Under the pieces are notes generated by a model, which was not told the origin of the DNA, did no database searches, and saw only the letters and a program-made list of their open reading frames with translations. Shown piece by piece: positions 1 to 9,929 of a DNA stretch of 64,000 nt. Where the stretch lies: positions 2,976,001 through 3,040,000 of the forward strand of contig OY820579.1 of the NCBI GenBank assembly GCA_963681965.1, given 5' to 3'. Both the position numbers and the translations under genes were made by a program. How positions within the stretch are numbered: position 1 is the first letter of the stretch; each line of letters opens with the position of its first letter. The DNA is from a bacterium (lineage in GTDB: Bacteria; Electryoneota; JAOADG01).

Positions 1-449
1 CAGTTCCAACGGAAATTCTGGAAAAACCGGGGATGCTCGATCCGAGCGAAATTAATAAGATGCGCCGTCATACATTTTACACAAATTATATCCTCGATCA
101 CATCAAGGGATTTCAAACGGTAAAAACCTATGCAGCATTGCACCACGAGCATATGAACGGCAAAGGGTATCCCTTCCACTTGAAAGCGGAAGATCTTCCG
201 TTAGGTACGCGAATTCTAGCGGTAGCAGACGTTTTCACCGCCTTGACTGAAGACCGACCATACCGCACTGGAATGGCAAAAACCGAAACGATGAAAATCG
301 TTGGCTCGATGGTCGATTCTTATAAACTTGACCCTCAAGTTGTGTTGATTTTATCTGAAAATTATGAGGATATCGACAAAATCCGCGTCGAAGCTCAAGA
401 CCAAGCTCGAATAGTATACAAGCAACTTGTCGAAGTAGATTACGAATAG
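1..449 (+). CDS. HD-GYP phosphodiesterase, C-terminal part (5' end outside the window)
   Basis: The frame is open from the window start (VPTEILEKPG...). It has the intact motifs HHEHMNGKGYP, RILAVADVFTALT and DRPYR. Confidence 0.9.
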   Translation, partial: VPTEILEKPGMLDPSEINKMRRHTFYTNYILDHIKGFQTVKTYAALHHEHMNGKGYPFHLKAEDLPLGTRILAVADVFTALTEDRPYRTGMAKTETMKIVGSMVDSYKLDPQVVLILSENYEDIDKIRVEAQDQARIVYKQLVEVDYE

Positions 450-473
450 TAGATTCCTTCGATCAATTTCTCT

Positions 474-1775
474 TTGATCGATTTAACTGAGATGATTATG
501 AGTTCTGCTTTCCAAATTTCCGAATATGAAATCGTCTGTGCGATTGCCGATGCAATCGATCTGATGAGTCCGATCGTTTCGAATCATCACAAACGTGTTG
601 CATTCATCGCGTCTGCATTAGCACAGATCGGCGATATCCCTGCGAAACAACAACAAGAGTTAATTATAGCGGGATTGCTACACGATATCGGGGCATATTC
701 TGTTCAGCATCGCGCTGAATTACATGAATTCGACAATAAAGATACGTCACTTCATTGCGAACTCGGATACCATTTTTTAAAAGAATACCCACCGTTTGAA
801 AATGTTGCCGAGATTGTTCGGTTCCATCACCGACGCTGGAAAAATGGATCCGATCAAAAAATCGATGGAAAGAATGTCAATGAACTGGCACACTTATTGC
901 ATTTAGCCGATCGCATCGCAATCATGATCAACCAATATGAAGATATCGATCTGCAGATCCCGCGCATCTTGAATATTATTCAAAACGAAGCTGGTTTGAT
1001 GTTCAAACCCGAGCACGTCGACTGGTTCAAAAACTTAGCAATCGATCAACAATTTTGGCACACACTTAATGACGAAAATTTCGAGACTGTTGTAAACAAC
1101 CACATTTCACACGCAAAAGAAGAAATCGAACTGGATCAATTCATTCAATTTTCGCGAATCATCTCTCACATGATCGATTTTAAAAATCATTATGCTGCAA
1201 CACACTCAGTTGGTGTTGCTCAAGTAGCGACTGATTTAGCGCATTTATTAAACTTATCCGAACAAGAATCAAAATTGATTGCGATTGCTGGGTATCTTCA
1301 CGATTTAGGTACACTTGCCGTTCCTGCGGAAGACCTAAAACATAGTGGCGAAACACATCTGCGCGAAGATAAATTGAATCGTCGTTACACATTCTATACA
1401 AAGCAGATAGTCGATCGAATCGACTGGTTGCATAATGTAAAGGCCTATGCCGATATGCGACATTCAATCGACAATGACAAGCAATTTCCCTACAACTTGG
1501 GTGGTGACGATCATTCGATTGCATCAAGAATTCTTGCTCTTGCCGATGTTTATTCTGCTTTTAAAGAATACCGACCAGAGCGGGATGAAGTCTCGCACGA
1601 TGATTTATCGAAATATTTGAGTGGAATGATTTTTAGTGGGCAGCTTGATCCAAGGCTAGTTGAGTTGCTGATGGCGAACATCGACTCGATCGAACAGCAC
1701 CGAAAGTCGGCAGAAGATAGTGCTATGAGTTATTATAAAGAATATTTGAAAATTGCTCAACAAGAGAAGAACTAA
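474..1775 (+). CDS. Tandem HD-domain protein, degenerate HD-GYP paralog
   Basis: Two HD motifs (LLHDIG, YLHDLG). The C-terminal half aligns with the upstream gene, but HHE..GYP is replaced by MRHS..QFP. The start may be at 492. Confidence 0.8.
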   Translation: MIDLTEMIMSSAFQISEYEIVCAIADAIDLMSPIVSNHHKRVAFIASALAQIGDIPAKQQQELIIAGLLHDIGAYSVQHRAELHEFDNKDTSLHCELGYHFLKEYPPFENVAEIVRFHHRRWKNGSDQKIDGKNVNELAHLLHLADRIAIMINQYEDIDLQIPRILNIIQNEAGLMFKPEHVDWFKNLAIDQQFWHTLNDENFETVVNNHISHAKEEIELDQFIQFSRIISHMIDFKNHYAATHSVGVAQVATDLAHLLNLSEQESKLIAIAGYLHDLGTLAVPAEDLKHSGETHLREDKLNRRYTFYTKQIVDRIDWLHNVKAYADMRHSIDNDKQFPYNLGGDDHSIASRILALADVYSAFKEYRPERDEVSHDDLSKYLSGMIFSGQLDPRLVELLMANIDSIEQHRKSAEDSAMSYYKEYLKIAQQEKN

Positions 1776-1792
1776 AAATATTTCTAAACAAA

Positions 1793-3193
1793 TTACTTAC
1801 CTGCTATCGCTTCTTGAATCTCGGTGACTGCGCGTTCACCGGTTTCGAGAGCACCATGTACAGTGCCAAATTGACCATCGCTATGTGTTGCTTCGCCGGC
1901 AAAGAACAGTTTATCATTGACCGCCTCGCCTAAAGCGACTCGTGCATCTCCTTCGCCAATAATTGGATACGAGAATGCTCCTCGAATATAAGGATCTTTT
2001 CCCCAATCGGCGATATGGGATCCGATAAGTGTTTGCGAAGCGGCACCGGGACCAAAGATTCGATCGAGTTCGTTTAAGATTACTTGAATCGCTCCCGAAC
2101 CGAGATTACTCAGATACTCGGCTTTTTCGCCAGCGACATACGCAGTCAGTACATCTCGAGCGGCGCTTCCCCCGGCACGCGCAACTGGATAATAGATCGG
2201 GACAAATCCATCACTGTAAATCGCGCCGGAATCCGGTTCCCAAAAACGGTTCGAGAATTTCAGGAAAATCTTCATTCCCGCACCCATGCCGATTTGATTC
2301 ATTGCGGCAAGTTTTGTCGATGGGAGTGCTGGATAAAACGTGATATCACCATCGCGTAAAACCGGTAAAGGAACTGTGATAATAACTCTTGTAGCCGTAT
2401 AGTGGCTTCCCCGAGCATCAGTCAGTTGAATTGAATCGCTTTCGTAGTTGATCGATTTGATCTGAACATTCAATCTGACTTTAGGAATGATCTGAACCAT
2501 ATAATTCGCAAGCATTGGTAGAAGTGCCGCGTTTTGAACTAAGTAATTAGAATCGCCCGAACTCCACAGTTGTTGCGCATTTGCCAGCCACTTTGCCGAT
2601 ATCCGTCGATTGGAAGCACCATAATCATTGCCAATTCGCGCTTCGAGTAGATGATTTACGCGGATCGCTATCGCTTGCAATTGCGCATAATCGTAGACTG
2701 TGATATCAGCACCATTATAAAGATAGAAATTGTCGATAAACTGATTTAATGCAACATAATCGGGGTCGGAAGTAATTTCAGATTCGGTGCGAAGGAAATT
2801 ATCTAACATTAAATAGGTCGTTAAATCGGGAAGTAATAATGTAGCATGAGATGCTTGAGCGATCTGATACAAAATCGAATCTTCACCACGGATCTCTTCG
2901 GCACCGGTTTCAATTGGAACATCGGTAAAATTTTCTAATGTTCGAACGCGTCCGCCAATTCGATCCGAGGCTTCCAGAATCGTGACATCGATATTTGCGC
3001 GATCCAGTAAATAAGCGGCATAAAGTCCAGCAGCTCCAGCACCGATGACGATAACTTTCTCCGGAGTAGCAGGTTCATTGATGGCGGGATCATCCGACCA
3101 ATTCGACTTTTTGCATGAAGATAGAATTGTCGAAAGTGCAGTCATTGAGGCAGCACTAACCAATATCCGTTTCAATACTTCACGCCGATCCAT
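1793..3193 (-). CDS. Flavin-containing amine oxidase family protein, putative Tat-exported lipoprotein
   Basis: FAD motifs VIVIGAGAAGL and LEASDRIGGR, C-terminal FFAGEAT...GTVHGA, N-terminal MDRREVLK twin-arginine motif and LSSC lipobox. Confidence 0.85.
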   Translation of the reverse strand: MDRREVLKRILVSAASMTALSTILSSCKKSNWSDDPAINEPATPEKVIVIGAGAAGLYAAYLLDRANIDVTILEASDRIGGRVRTLENFTDVPIETGAEEIRGEDSILYQIAQASHATLLLPDLTTYLMLDNFLRTESEITSDPDYVALNQFIDNFYLYNGADITVYDYAQLQAIAIRVNHLLEARIGNDYGASNRRISAKWLANAQQLWSSGDSNYLVQNAALLPMLANYMVQIIPKVRLNVQIKSINYESDSIQLTDARGSHYTATRVIITVPLPVLRDGDITFYPALPSTKLAAMNQIGMGAGMKIFLKFSNRFWEPDSGAIYSDGFVPIYYPVARAGGSAARDVLTAYVAGEKAEYLSNLGSGAIQVILNELDRIFGPGAASQTLIGSHIADWGKDPYIRGAFSYPIIGEGDARVALGEAVNDKLFFAGEATHSDGQFGTVHGALETGERAVTEIQEAIAGK

Positions 3194-3313
3194 GGGAATT
3201 CCTTAGCGGGTTGTACATAGCGAGAATGCAGTAACTTTCTATGCAAGTATACCGAAAAGAATGCGAATATTCAATACATCACAAGCAATATGAAGAAATC
3301 TTTCCGCAAAACT

Positions 3314-4549
3314 CTATTTCAGTAATTGAAAACTCTTAACGGTAGTTAGACCATCCCCTTTTAACTGATAGTAGTAGGTTCCCGATGCAAGATCATTTCC
3401 TTGAAAGCGGATCGAATGCTCGCCTGCCGAATAATTATTCTCCGACAATACTCGCACTAATCGACCATTTGCATCGAATATCGAGAGTTTGATCAATCCC
3501 GGTTTGCGAAGCGAAAACGGAATTTCAGTAGCGTTATTAAATGGATTGGGATAATTTTGTGCCAATGAAAAAGTCGTCACCATCGGTTCGACGGTCTCAT
3601 CGATTCCGGTGAAATTCGTAGCAGCGAGCCAAAGCGAGGCGTTCGTAAACAATTTTCCGTGATTTCCACTCGCATCGGTCCAACCGTAATAGAGCTGATC
3701 GCCGGTATCTCCTGTTCCATCGTCGCACGGTGAACTATCGCCAATTCCCACTACTTTTCCGCGACCATACTGCGCATACGCAACCATCACATTCCAATTG
3801 TCTCGCGACGAATACCATACTGCTCCCCGCACCGTCGGATTATTGGTAGTACTGATCGTTAAAGTAGTTCCGGCATCGAAATTGAATTGGGTGACTGTTC
3901 CGGCTGCTCCCCGAATGATCGAGTCCGAAACTGCAGTATCCATTACATAACTGTCGTATGAATAGCTATTTAAATTAAATAACATTCCGAACGGATTCGC
4001 TTGAACCGAATTTGTGCTCATCAAATCATTCCAAGCGTGGGGCGAATCAATACCATCGTTGTTTCGGTCGGAACCATTGTGATCAGCCACCATAAACAGA
4101 CTTCCCCCGGCAGCGACAAAATTGATAATTGCAGATTTTTCGGTTGTACTAAAAGAGCTATTCGGTTCGACAACAACAAAGACATCGTAATTGGACAAAT
4201 CTTGCACATTCGATCGACTGCCGTACGTAATCGCGCCACTAATGGGCAGCGTCTCGATAATATGACCACGTTTCACCAGCTCAACCCCCCAAGACGAAAT
4301 CGCACCGGACCAATAGGTTTCGGGAGTTGAAGCAGTGATTCCCGATTGCGCTGGAGTGGGAATGCGTTGTGGATTTGACTGACCACCGGTCTGAGTATCA
4401 GCATCGATTACCCAATCGGCATTGGACGCCATCTCAGCTTTCGTGGCATCGAACAGGAATTTTCGTGCAAAAGCGGTCTGCTGTAAGTTCAATCCTAGGA
4501 TTACCAGAATTGCACCAATAAAAATTCGAAACATAAGGGGACTGCGCAT
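3314..4549 (-). CDS. Secreted protein with a GATase1-like alpha/beta domain and T9SS-like C-terminal sorting domain
   Basis: Signal peptide, FDATKAE...NADWVID, DLSNYDVFVVVEPN...FVAAGGSLFMVADH, and CTD LAQNYPNPFN...ASGTYYYQL...FQLLK. The start is uncertain (4549 or 4534). Confidence 0.7.
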   Translation of the reverse strand: MRSPLMFRIFIGAILVILGLNLQQTAFARKFLFDATKAEMASNADWVIDADTQTGGQSNPQRIPTPAQSGITASTPETYWSGAISSWGVELVKRGHIIETLPISGAITYGSRSNVQDLSNYDVFVVVEPNSSFSTTEKSAIINFVAAGGSLFMVADHNGSDRNNDGIDSPHAWNDLMSTNSVQANPFGMLFNLNSYSYDSYVMDTAVSDSIIRGAAGTVTQFNFDAGTTLTISTTNNPTVRGAVWYSSRDNWNVMVAYAQYGRGKVVGIGDSSPCDDGTGDTGDQLYYGWTDASGNHGKLFTNASLWLAATNFTGIDETVEPMVTTFSLAQNYPNPFNNATEIPFSLRKPGLIKLSIFDANGRLVRVLSENNYSAGEHSIRFQGNDLASGTYYYQLKGDGLTTVKSFQLLK

Positions 4550-4602
4550 GGGACTTCCTAAAATCGGTAATTGAGATCGTCTCAATTCTATCGTGATAAG
4601 AT

Positions 4603-4623
4603 AGGCGCACCAAAGGCGCGCCT
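4603..4623 (-). terminator. Hairpin downstream of the 4679-5356 gene
   Basis: Minus strand AGGCGCGCC-TTT-GGTGCGCCT forms a 9-bp stem with one G-U pair. The U tract is weak. Confidence 0.4.
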
Positions 4624-4678
4624 TTTAGATTAGACAAATGCTGCTAAACAAAGTTTACTTCAACACAAATATAAGCAA

Positions 4679-5356
4679 TTAGCGTGGTTTCTCGATGTTC
4701 TTAATCACAGTTTCCGGAGTACCGGGGAGACCGTTCACACCAATGTATTCAACAAACAATCCATCGGATCGAAACCGGTACCGACCATGCCAAAAATGCG
4801 AAAAGAGACCGGTAGGGTGAACAATCATGTCGGTATTGTGATCAGATTTGACTGTTTCATCCCGTTCCGCTTCCAATTTCACTGAGCTAAACTGATCTGG
4901 ACGATAAACCCAAAAATCAATCGATTGAGTCACCCGATTTGAGATTATCGCATGTCCAAGACAAAATGGAATTGACTGAAACCAAGGTTTTTCATCGATA
5001 TCAACAGATTTATCGATGTATTCACCTTTGAATTTCCCTTGAAATTGAATTGTGTTCCCGATCCTTGTCGCAGAGTAGTTTGATATTCCATCAGTCGACT
5101 GATAATGTAGCGAAATCGTTGCAAACAGTGAATCGTGTTCGAATGTGAAGGTCTCATTCGGTCGAACTACAGTCAATCGATTTTTCGCTTCGGGAAAGTA
5201 CTCCCAGTGAATATTTACGGTATCCGATCCGGTTGTCTGTTGGAAGTAATATTTACCGCCGCCGTATACAAGTGGATTTGCCGAAAACGAATAGTTCGAA
5301 TTGGCAAATAACAGTACGAACAATACGATTATCAGGTTGTTTTGCTCAAGTTTCAT
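4679..5356 (-). CDS. Hypothetical exported protein
   Basis: ATG at 5356 gives MKLEQNNLIIVLFVLLFANS, a signal peptide. The longer ORF-track start overlaps add and is rejected. Confidence 0.65.
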   Translation of the reverse strand: MKLEQNNLIIVLFVLLFANSNYSFSANPLVYGGGKYYFQQTTGSDTVNIHWEYFPEAKNRLTVVRPNETFTFEHDSLFATISLHYQSTDGISNYSATRIGNTIQFQGKFKGEYIDKSVDIDEKPWFQSIPFCLGHAIISNRVTQSIDFWVYRPDQFSSVKLEAERDETVKSDHNTDMIVHPTGLFSHFWHGRYRFRSDGLFVEYIGVNGLPGTPETVIKNIEKPR

Positions 5357-5416
5357 AAATCGAGTCACTTTTTCCGTTTGTAAAGTAATTCCAATAGAAA
5401 GATCAGTGCAAACAAC

Positions 5417-5445
5417 TTGCCGAAAGCAATTTGCGGTATTATACT
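5417..5445 (+). promoter_or_regulatory. Sigma70-type promoter of add
   Basis: TTGCCG-N17-TATACT ends 11 nt upstream of the add ATG. Confidence 0.55.
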
Positions 5446-5456
5446 GAACGCTCACT

Positions 5457-6566
5457 ATGAACGAGAAAATACCCCCCCCACATGCACCGGTTCTTGAACC
5501 GGCTCGAGATGTCGCTCGCGACAATCGCGAATTAACCCGAGAGATTGTACTGAAATGGCCCAAGACCGATCTTCATTGCCATCTCGACGGATCTGTCCGT
5601 TGTCAAACGGTATGGGAACTCGCACAAGATCAGAGCATCACCCTTCCTGCTCAATCCTTGGAAGAGTTAGAAAATCAACTAATCGTTGGTGATCGCGCTC
5701 AGAACCTCCGGGAGTATCTAGAACCATTTCACATCGTCAATATGGTTCTTCAGGAAAAATCTGCACTCGAACGTGCTGCTTTCGAACTTGCCGAGGATGC
5801 GTGGTTGGAAGGCGTCTGGTATATCGAGGTGCGCTTCTCCCCGATCCTACACATCCATCACGGGCTTCGACTCACTGAAATCATGGATGCAGTACTCGCT
5901 GGTTTAACCCGTGCCGAACGACAATATGGTATTCGCACTGGTGTGATCGTCTGCGGTATTCGATCAATCGAACCGGAAGTATCGCTACGATTGGCTGAAC
6001 TGACTGTTGCATACAAGAATAAAGGTGTGGTTGCATTCGATTTAGCTGGTGCTGAAGACAATTATCCAGCGAAAGACCATGCCGACGCATTTTATCTGAT
6101 CCGAAAAAACAACATTAATTGTACTGTTCATGCCGGCGAGGCATGGGGACCCGATAGTATAAGCCAAGCTTTGCACAGTCTGTCTACCCATCGAATTGGG
6201 CACGGCACCCGGTTGAAAGAAAATGGCGACTTACTGAATTATGTCAATGACCACCGCATTGCGATGGAAATTTGCGTGACTTCGAACGTTCAAACGAAAG
6301 TCGTCCCGAGTTACGAACAACATCCAATCCGATTCTATTACGACTGTGGTCTTCGCGTGACCATCAATACCGACAATCGAACCATCAGTGGCGTCTCGAT
6401 CACCGATGAATACATGCGGATTCACGAACGGTGTGGTCTCACCCGAGGCGAATTGGAAGATATTGTGATCATGGGTTGGAAAGCGGCATTTTTACCTTAT
6501 CGCGAAAAAGCGATCTTGTTGAAACGGGCACTCAAAGAGATGGAAAAAACTCGAGTTCCCTTCTAG
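5457..6566 (+). CDS. add: Adenosine deaminase
   Basis: PKTDLHCHLDGS, FDLAGAE, TVHAGE, RIGHG, EICVTSN and TINTDN motifs. Confidence 0.93.
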   Translation: MNEKIPPPHAPVLEPARDVARDNRELTREIVLKWPKTDLHCHLDGSVRCQTVWELAQDQSITLPAQSLEELENQLIVGDRAQNLREYLEPFHIVNMVLQEKSALERAAFELAEDAWLEGVWYIEVRFSPILHIHHGLRLTEIMDAVLAGLTRAERQYGIRTGVIVCGIRSIEPEVSLRLAELTVAYKNKGVVAFDLAGAEDNYPAKDHADAFYLIRKNNINCTVHAGEAWGPDSISQALHSLSTHRIGHGTRLKENGDLLNYVNDHRIAMEICVTSNVQTKVVPSYEQHPIRFYYDCGLRVTINTDNRTISGVSITDEYMRIHERCGLTRGELEDIVIMGWKAAFLPYREKAILLKRALKEMEKTRVPF

Positions 6567-6587
6567 ATTTAAATGACAATTAGATAC

Positions 6588-6620
6588 AATAAGGCGGGGC
6601 ATGTGGACCCGCCTTATTTA
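6588..6620 (+). terminator. Intrinsic terminator after add
   Basis: AATAAGGCGGG...CCCGCCTTATT inverted repeat. Confidence 0.75.
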
Positions 6621-6886
6621 TCGAGCCTGATTATCATTATTTACTGTCGTTTTTTTTGAATTGTGACAAAGAAACGAGTTATATTAAAGGTTCATTACTA
6701 CAATTCAATTCAACCAATACATCGGCGATTCTTTTCGAAGTAACCGAAATTAAAATTCGGCAAAATCATTCGAAATTGCGATTATTGGAAATTCTTCGTC
6801 GCAACATTAGCAGAAAACTGCGTTAACGCATTTCAGCAATAGAGCAAATGCAAAAAGTTTCAGTAACGTTTTTGGGATCGTTCACG

Positions 6887-8947
6887 ATGAAAAATCGATA
6901 CTCCGGATCACACTCCTGGCAGGTAATAATCTTAGCACTGCTACTCACTGCCTCACTGGCTAGTGCACAAATCAGATCGATCTATGATGTGATGTACAAT
7001 CCAGCGAATCCAGGCGGTCCATCGCCATTTGCAGGTCAACGTATTCAAGTTACCGGCATCGTTACCAACACCGCAATCAATGCCAATGTCGTCGGTGGAG
7101 ATTTCAGTTTTTCGATCCAATCCCGAGGCGATACAACGGCATTTCACGGTTTGTTCGTTATCAGCAGCAGCTTGAATCCGCAACATTTAGTAACAGTTGG
7201 CGATTCAGTGATTATTACCGGTCGTGTTTCGACAACCGCACCGACTAATATCAAAGTTTCTTCGACCGATCAAATCCAGATCGTTTCGGCTACTGGCTGG
7301 ATACCGACCAATCCCGTGTTCGATATGACAGTTTTAACCAACGAAGATAGCGCAAAAACATATTCAGGTATGTATGTAAAGGTCGCAAATCCGATTATCC
7401 AGACGATTGCTACAGACGGTGCAACTCTGACCAATCGTTCTGTTTCGCTGCTGGTAGGTGGTGGTGGCAGTAGTGGTCGTTGGACTTATCAGTTAACAGT
7501 TGGTGATTCACTCAATTGGATTGGCGGGACCCTTCGAAAAAGCACTGCCGGTTGGATGCTGGAACCGCGCGGTGACGCCGACTTCCTTCCCTACGGTAAT
7601 TTACCTCCGGTACTATCGCAAATCGATGCCACTCCGAACCTCCCCACTCCGGACGATCACGTTGTTTTCAATGTGAAAGTGACAAGCGCACAATCACAAA
7701 TTAATCAAGTCTGGTTGACTTATTTTATTAATGATATCCGGCAAGATTCAATCTTGATGCACAAAGCCAATGGTGCGAACGATTCAATTTATACGGCAAC
7801 TGCCGGTCCCTGGTGGCGTGGTGCTAGTTTGCGTTTCCGTGCCAAAGCCAAAGATAACAACAATTTGATCAGCTCCAGTTTCGAAAAATCGTTTACTGTG
7901 AATTTTCCCGGTGGATTGCTGCCATTCAAGTATATCGCCGACAACATCGACACTTTCTTGAATACGACTCAGACGCTTGATGGTATGGTGGTTTACTATC
8001 AACTTCGGTCGGGACGTACCGACGCTTACTTCGTCGATACTACTTTTACTTACACTTTTGGTTCCGATACGATCCGTAGTGTGGGTTTGTATATCAGTGA
8101 ATCCGGTGCACCATCGACTTTCCCCAATTTGAAACGGGGAAACTACATCCGAATGCCATCAGCAATCAGTTACTACGCATACTCCAATCCAACTTCCTAT
8201 TCATTGCAGGTAACTGGATTGACTAATGCAACTGTGCTTGCATCTGACTTGCCGTTACCACGACCGACACGGTGTCGAACTGGCGATGCGCCACTATTGA
8301 ATAAACTGATCTCCTGCTCGAAAGCACCTTATTACAATTCAGGATCGTGGTTGGAAGTAACAGGGCGCATCATCACTGTAAATCCTACTTCCGGTGGTGT
8401 CAACCTATTGGTGGATGATGGATCGGGAACATTACCCATCCGCATCGTCGACGGCTCAAACCTCCGCTATGTCCGGGCATACAATCCCGATACTTCTGTA
8501 CACGACTCGATTCCATTATCGCAAATGGTTAATCGGTTGTACCGAATTAGAGGTGTGGCATCCAAGTATTATACCGATTTCCAGATGGCAGTTGGATTTG
8601 CCGATGATATCGTTGAATACGATCCTAAAGTCGGCGATACCGATGAACCGATCATTGACGTGCCGGCACGGGTTTTGGTCAACGACCTGAATGAACAGAT
8701 GACTATTCGCTACGGTGGAAAATCCGGTAGCCGAATTCAGCTCCGTGTATTCAATTTGAAGGGGCAAGTCGTTGCAACACTCGCCGATCGCACTAGTAAT
8801 GGTATTGCCGAGATAACTTGGGATGGTCGAAACGACCTACGTGAAAAGCTTCCGCTCGGAACCTACATCATTCAAGTTGTAACCAACACGAATGGCAGTA
8901 CTAAGAGCGCGTTAGCACCGATCGTTATTGGCACTAAACTGAAATAA
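6887..8947 (+). CDS. Secreted multi-OB-fold protein with Ig-like domain and FlgD-type (type B-like) C-terminal sorting domain
   Basis: Signal peptide ending ASA/Q. OB-like units SPFAGQRIQVTGIVT...VGDSVIITGRV and SWLEVTGRI...LLVDDGSGTL. CTD RVFNLKGQVVATL...ITWDGRN...GTYII. Alternative start at 6848. Confidence 0.7.
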   Translation: MKNRYSGSHSWQVIILALLLTASLASAQIRSIYDVMYNPANPGGPSPFAGQRIQVTGIVTNTAINANVVGGDFSFSIQSRGDTTAFHGLFVISSSLNPQHLVTVGDSVIITGRVSTTAPTNIKVSSTDQIQIVSATGWIPTNPVFDMTVLTNEDSAKTYSGMYVKVANPIIQTIATDGATLTNRSVSLLVGGGGSSGRWTYQLTVGDSLNWIGGTLRKSTAGWMLEPRGDADFLPYGNLPPVLSQIDATPNLPTPDDHVVFNVKVTSAQSQINQVWLTYFINDIRQDSILMHKANGANDSIYTATAGPWWRGASLRFRAKAKDNNNLISSSFEKSFTVNFPGGLLPFKYIADNIDTFLNTTQTLDGMVVYYQLRSGRTDAYFVDTTFTYTFGSDTIRSVGLYISESGAPSTFPNLKRGNYIRMPSAISYYAYSNPTSYSLQVTGLTNATVLASDLPLPRPTRCRTGDAPLLNKLISCSKAPYYNSGSWLEVTGRIITVNPTSGGVNLLVDDGSGTLPIRIVDGSNLRYVRAYNPDTSVHDSIPLSQMVNRLYRIRGVASKYYTDFQMAVGFADDIVEYDPKVGDTDEPIIDVPARVLVNDLNEQMTIRYGGKSGSRIQLRVFNLKGQVVATLADRTSNGIAEITWDGRNDLREKLPLGTYIIQVVTNTNGSTKSALAPIVIGTKLK

Positions 8948-8999
8948 GTGTCATTCAAGAACATGATGCAAGTATTCGGTATCTAGGAATTTCGACCAA

Positions 9000-9929
9000 A
9001 TGAACCGATTTTTGGAAATTTTGTTGACAAGGAATGCAATCGTGAGAAACAGCCGTTTCGTATCAATGGCGATTATCGGTGCCAGTTGGCTGATTGTCGC
9101 TTCTTTCGCGTACGCCCAAGTAACCACCGACATCGAACCGCCACAACCGCGATTCGCCGCAATCGGCGCAACAGTGGCAATGGCAGGTGACCCGGCAATG
9201 GCTTTTTTCAATCCAGCAGGATTGACCGGTATTAAAGCACCTTCATTTAATTGTGCCTTTACTCGCCCCTACGATCAGAATTTTTTGACGGTATATCATG
9301 TCACGGCTGCGATGCCGTTACCGAAAAATTGGGGTGTTGCTGGCGTTTCAATTTTGAATAGCGGCGTCAAGTATGGCGGACAATCGTTAAGCAATGAGAC
9401 TGCGGTTGCTTTAGCACACGCAATTACGCTTCAACGCGATATCAATACCGACCTCACTTTCGGATACGCTATTAAAGTGATGTCTCAGAGTTTTGGAACT
9501 TCGCTGGCTGGTGAAGATCTTGGAAGTTCAACTTCTTTCGGTATCGATGCCGGTGTGCGTGCAACACTGTGGCAGCGTACACGCGTAGCGTTCCATATCA
9601 CCAATATCAATCGTCCTGAGATTGGAACGACTGAACCACACGATTTACCCGCAGTGGTTAACGTCGGTCTTGCCTATACTCCCTATCGCGGTGTCTACAG
9701 TGCGATCGAATTGGAACGAACGCTGGGTAATGAACAATTGTTGAAAGGCGGCTTCGAATTTGAAGTCGATCCTCACTTCGACCTTAGAATTGGCATTCGA
9801 TCCAACCCGAACCGGATTGCTTTCGGTTTTGGCATCAAACAGATCATGAATGCTCACGTCGATTACACTTATTTGACTCACTCGTCGCTTCCGGCGACGC
9901 ACATGATCGGATTTGGCTATGATTTCTAA
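9000..9929 (+). CDS. PorV/PorP-like outer-membrane beta-barrel
   Basis: Signal peptide, RFAAIGATVAMAGDPAMAFFNPAGL (FadL/PorV-superfamily NPA motif), alternating beta-strands and C-terminal ...GFGYDF. Confidence 0.75.
   Translation: MNRFLEILLTRNAIVRNSRFVSMAIIGASWLIVASFAYAQVTTDIEPPQPRFAAIGATVAMAGDPAMAFFNPAGLTGIKAPSFNCAFTRPYDQNFLTVYHVTAAMPLPKNWGVAGVSILNSGVKYGGQSLSNETAVALAHAITLQRDINTDLTFGYAIKVMSQSFGTSLAGEDLGSSTSFGIDAGVRATLWQRTRVAFHITNINRPEIGTTEPHDLPAVVNVGLAYTPYRGVYSAIELERTLGNEQLLKGGFEFEVDPHFDLRIGIRSNPNRIAFGFGIKQIMNAHVDYTYLTHSSLPATHMIGFGYDF

Noticed and set aside
5357-5563. N-terminal extension of the 4679-5563 ORF
   Set aside because: It overlaps add and its promoter. The ATG at 5356 gives a clean signal peptide.
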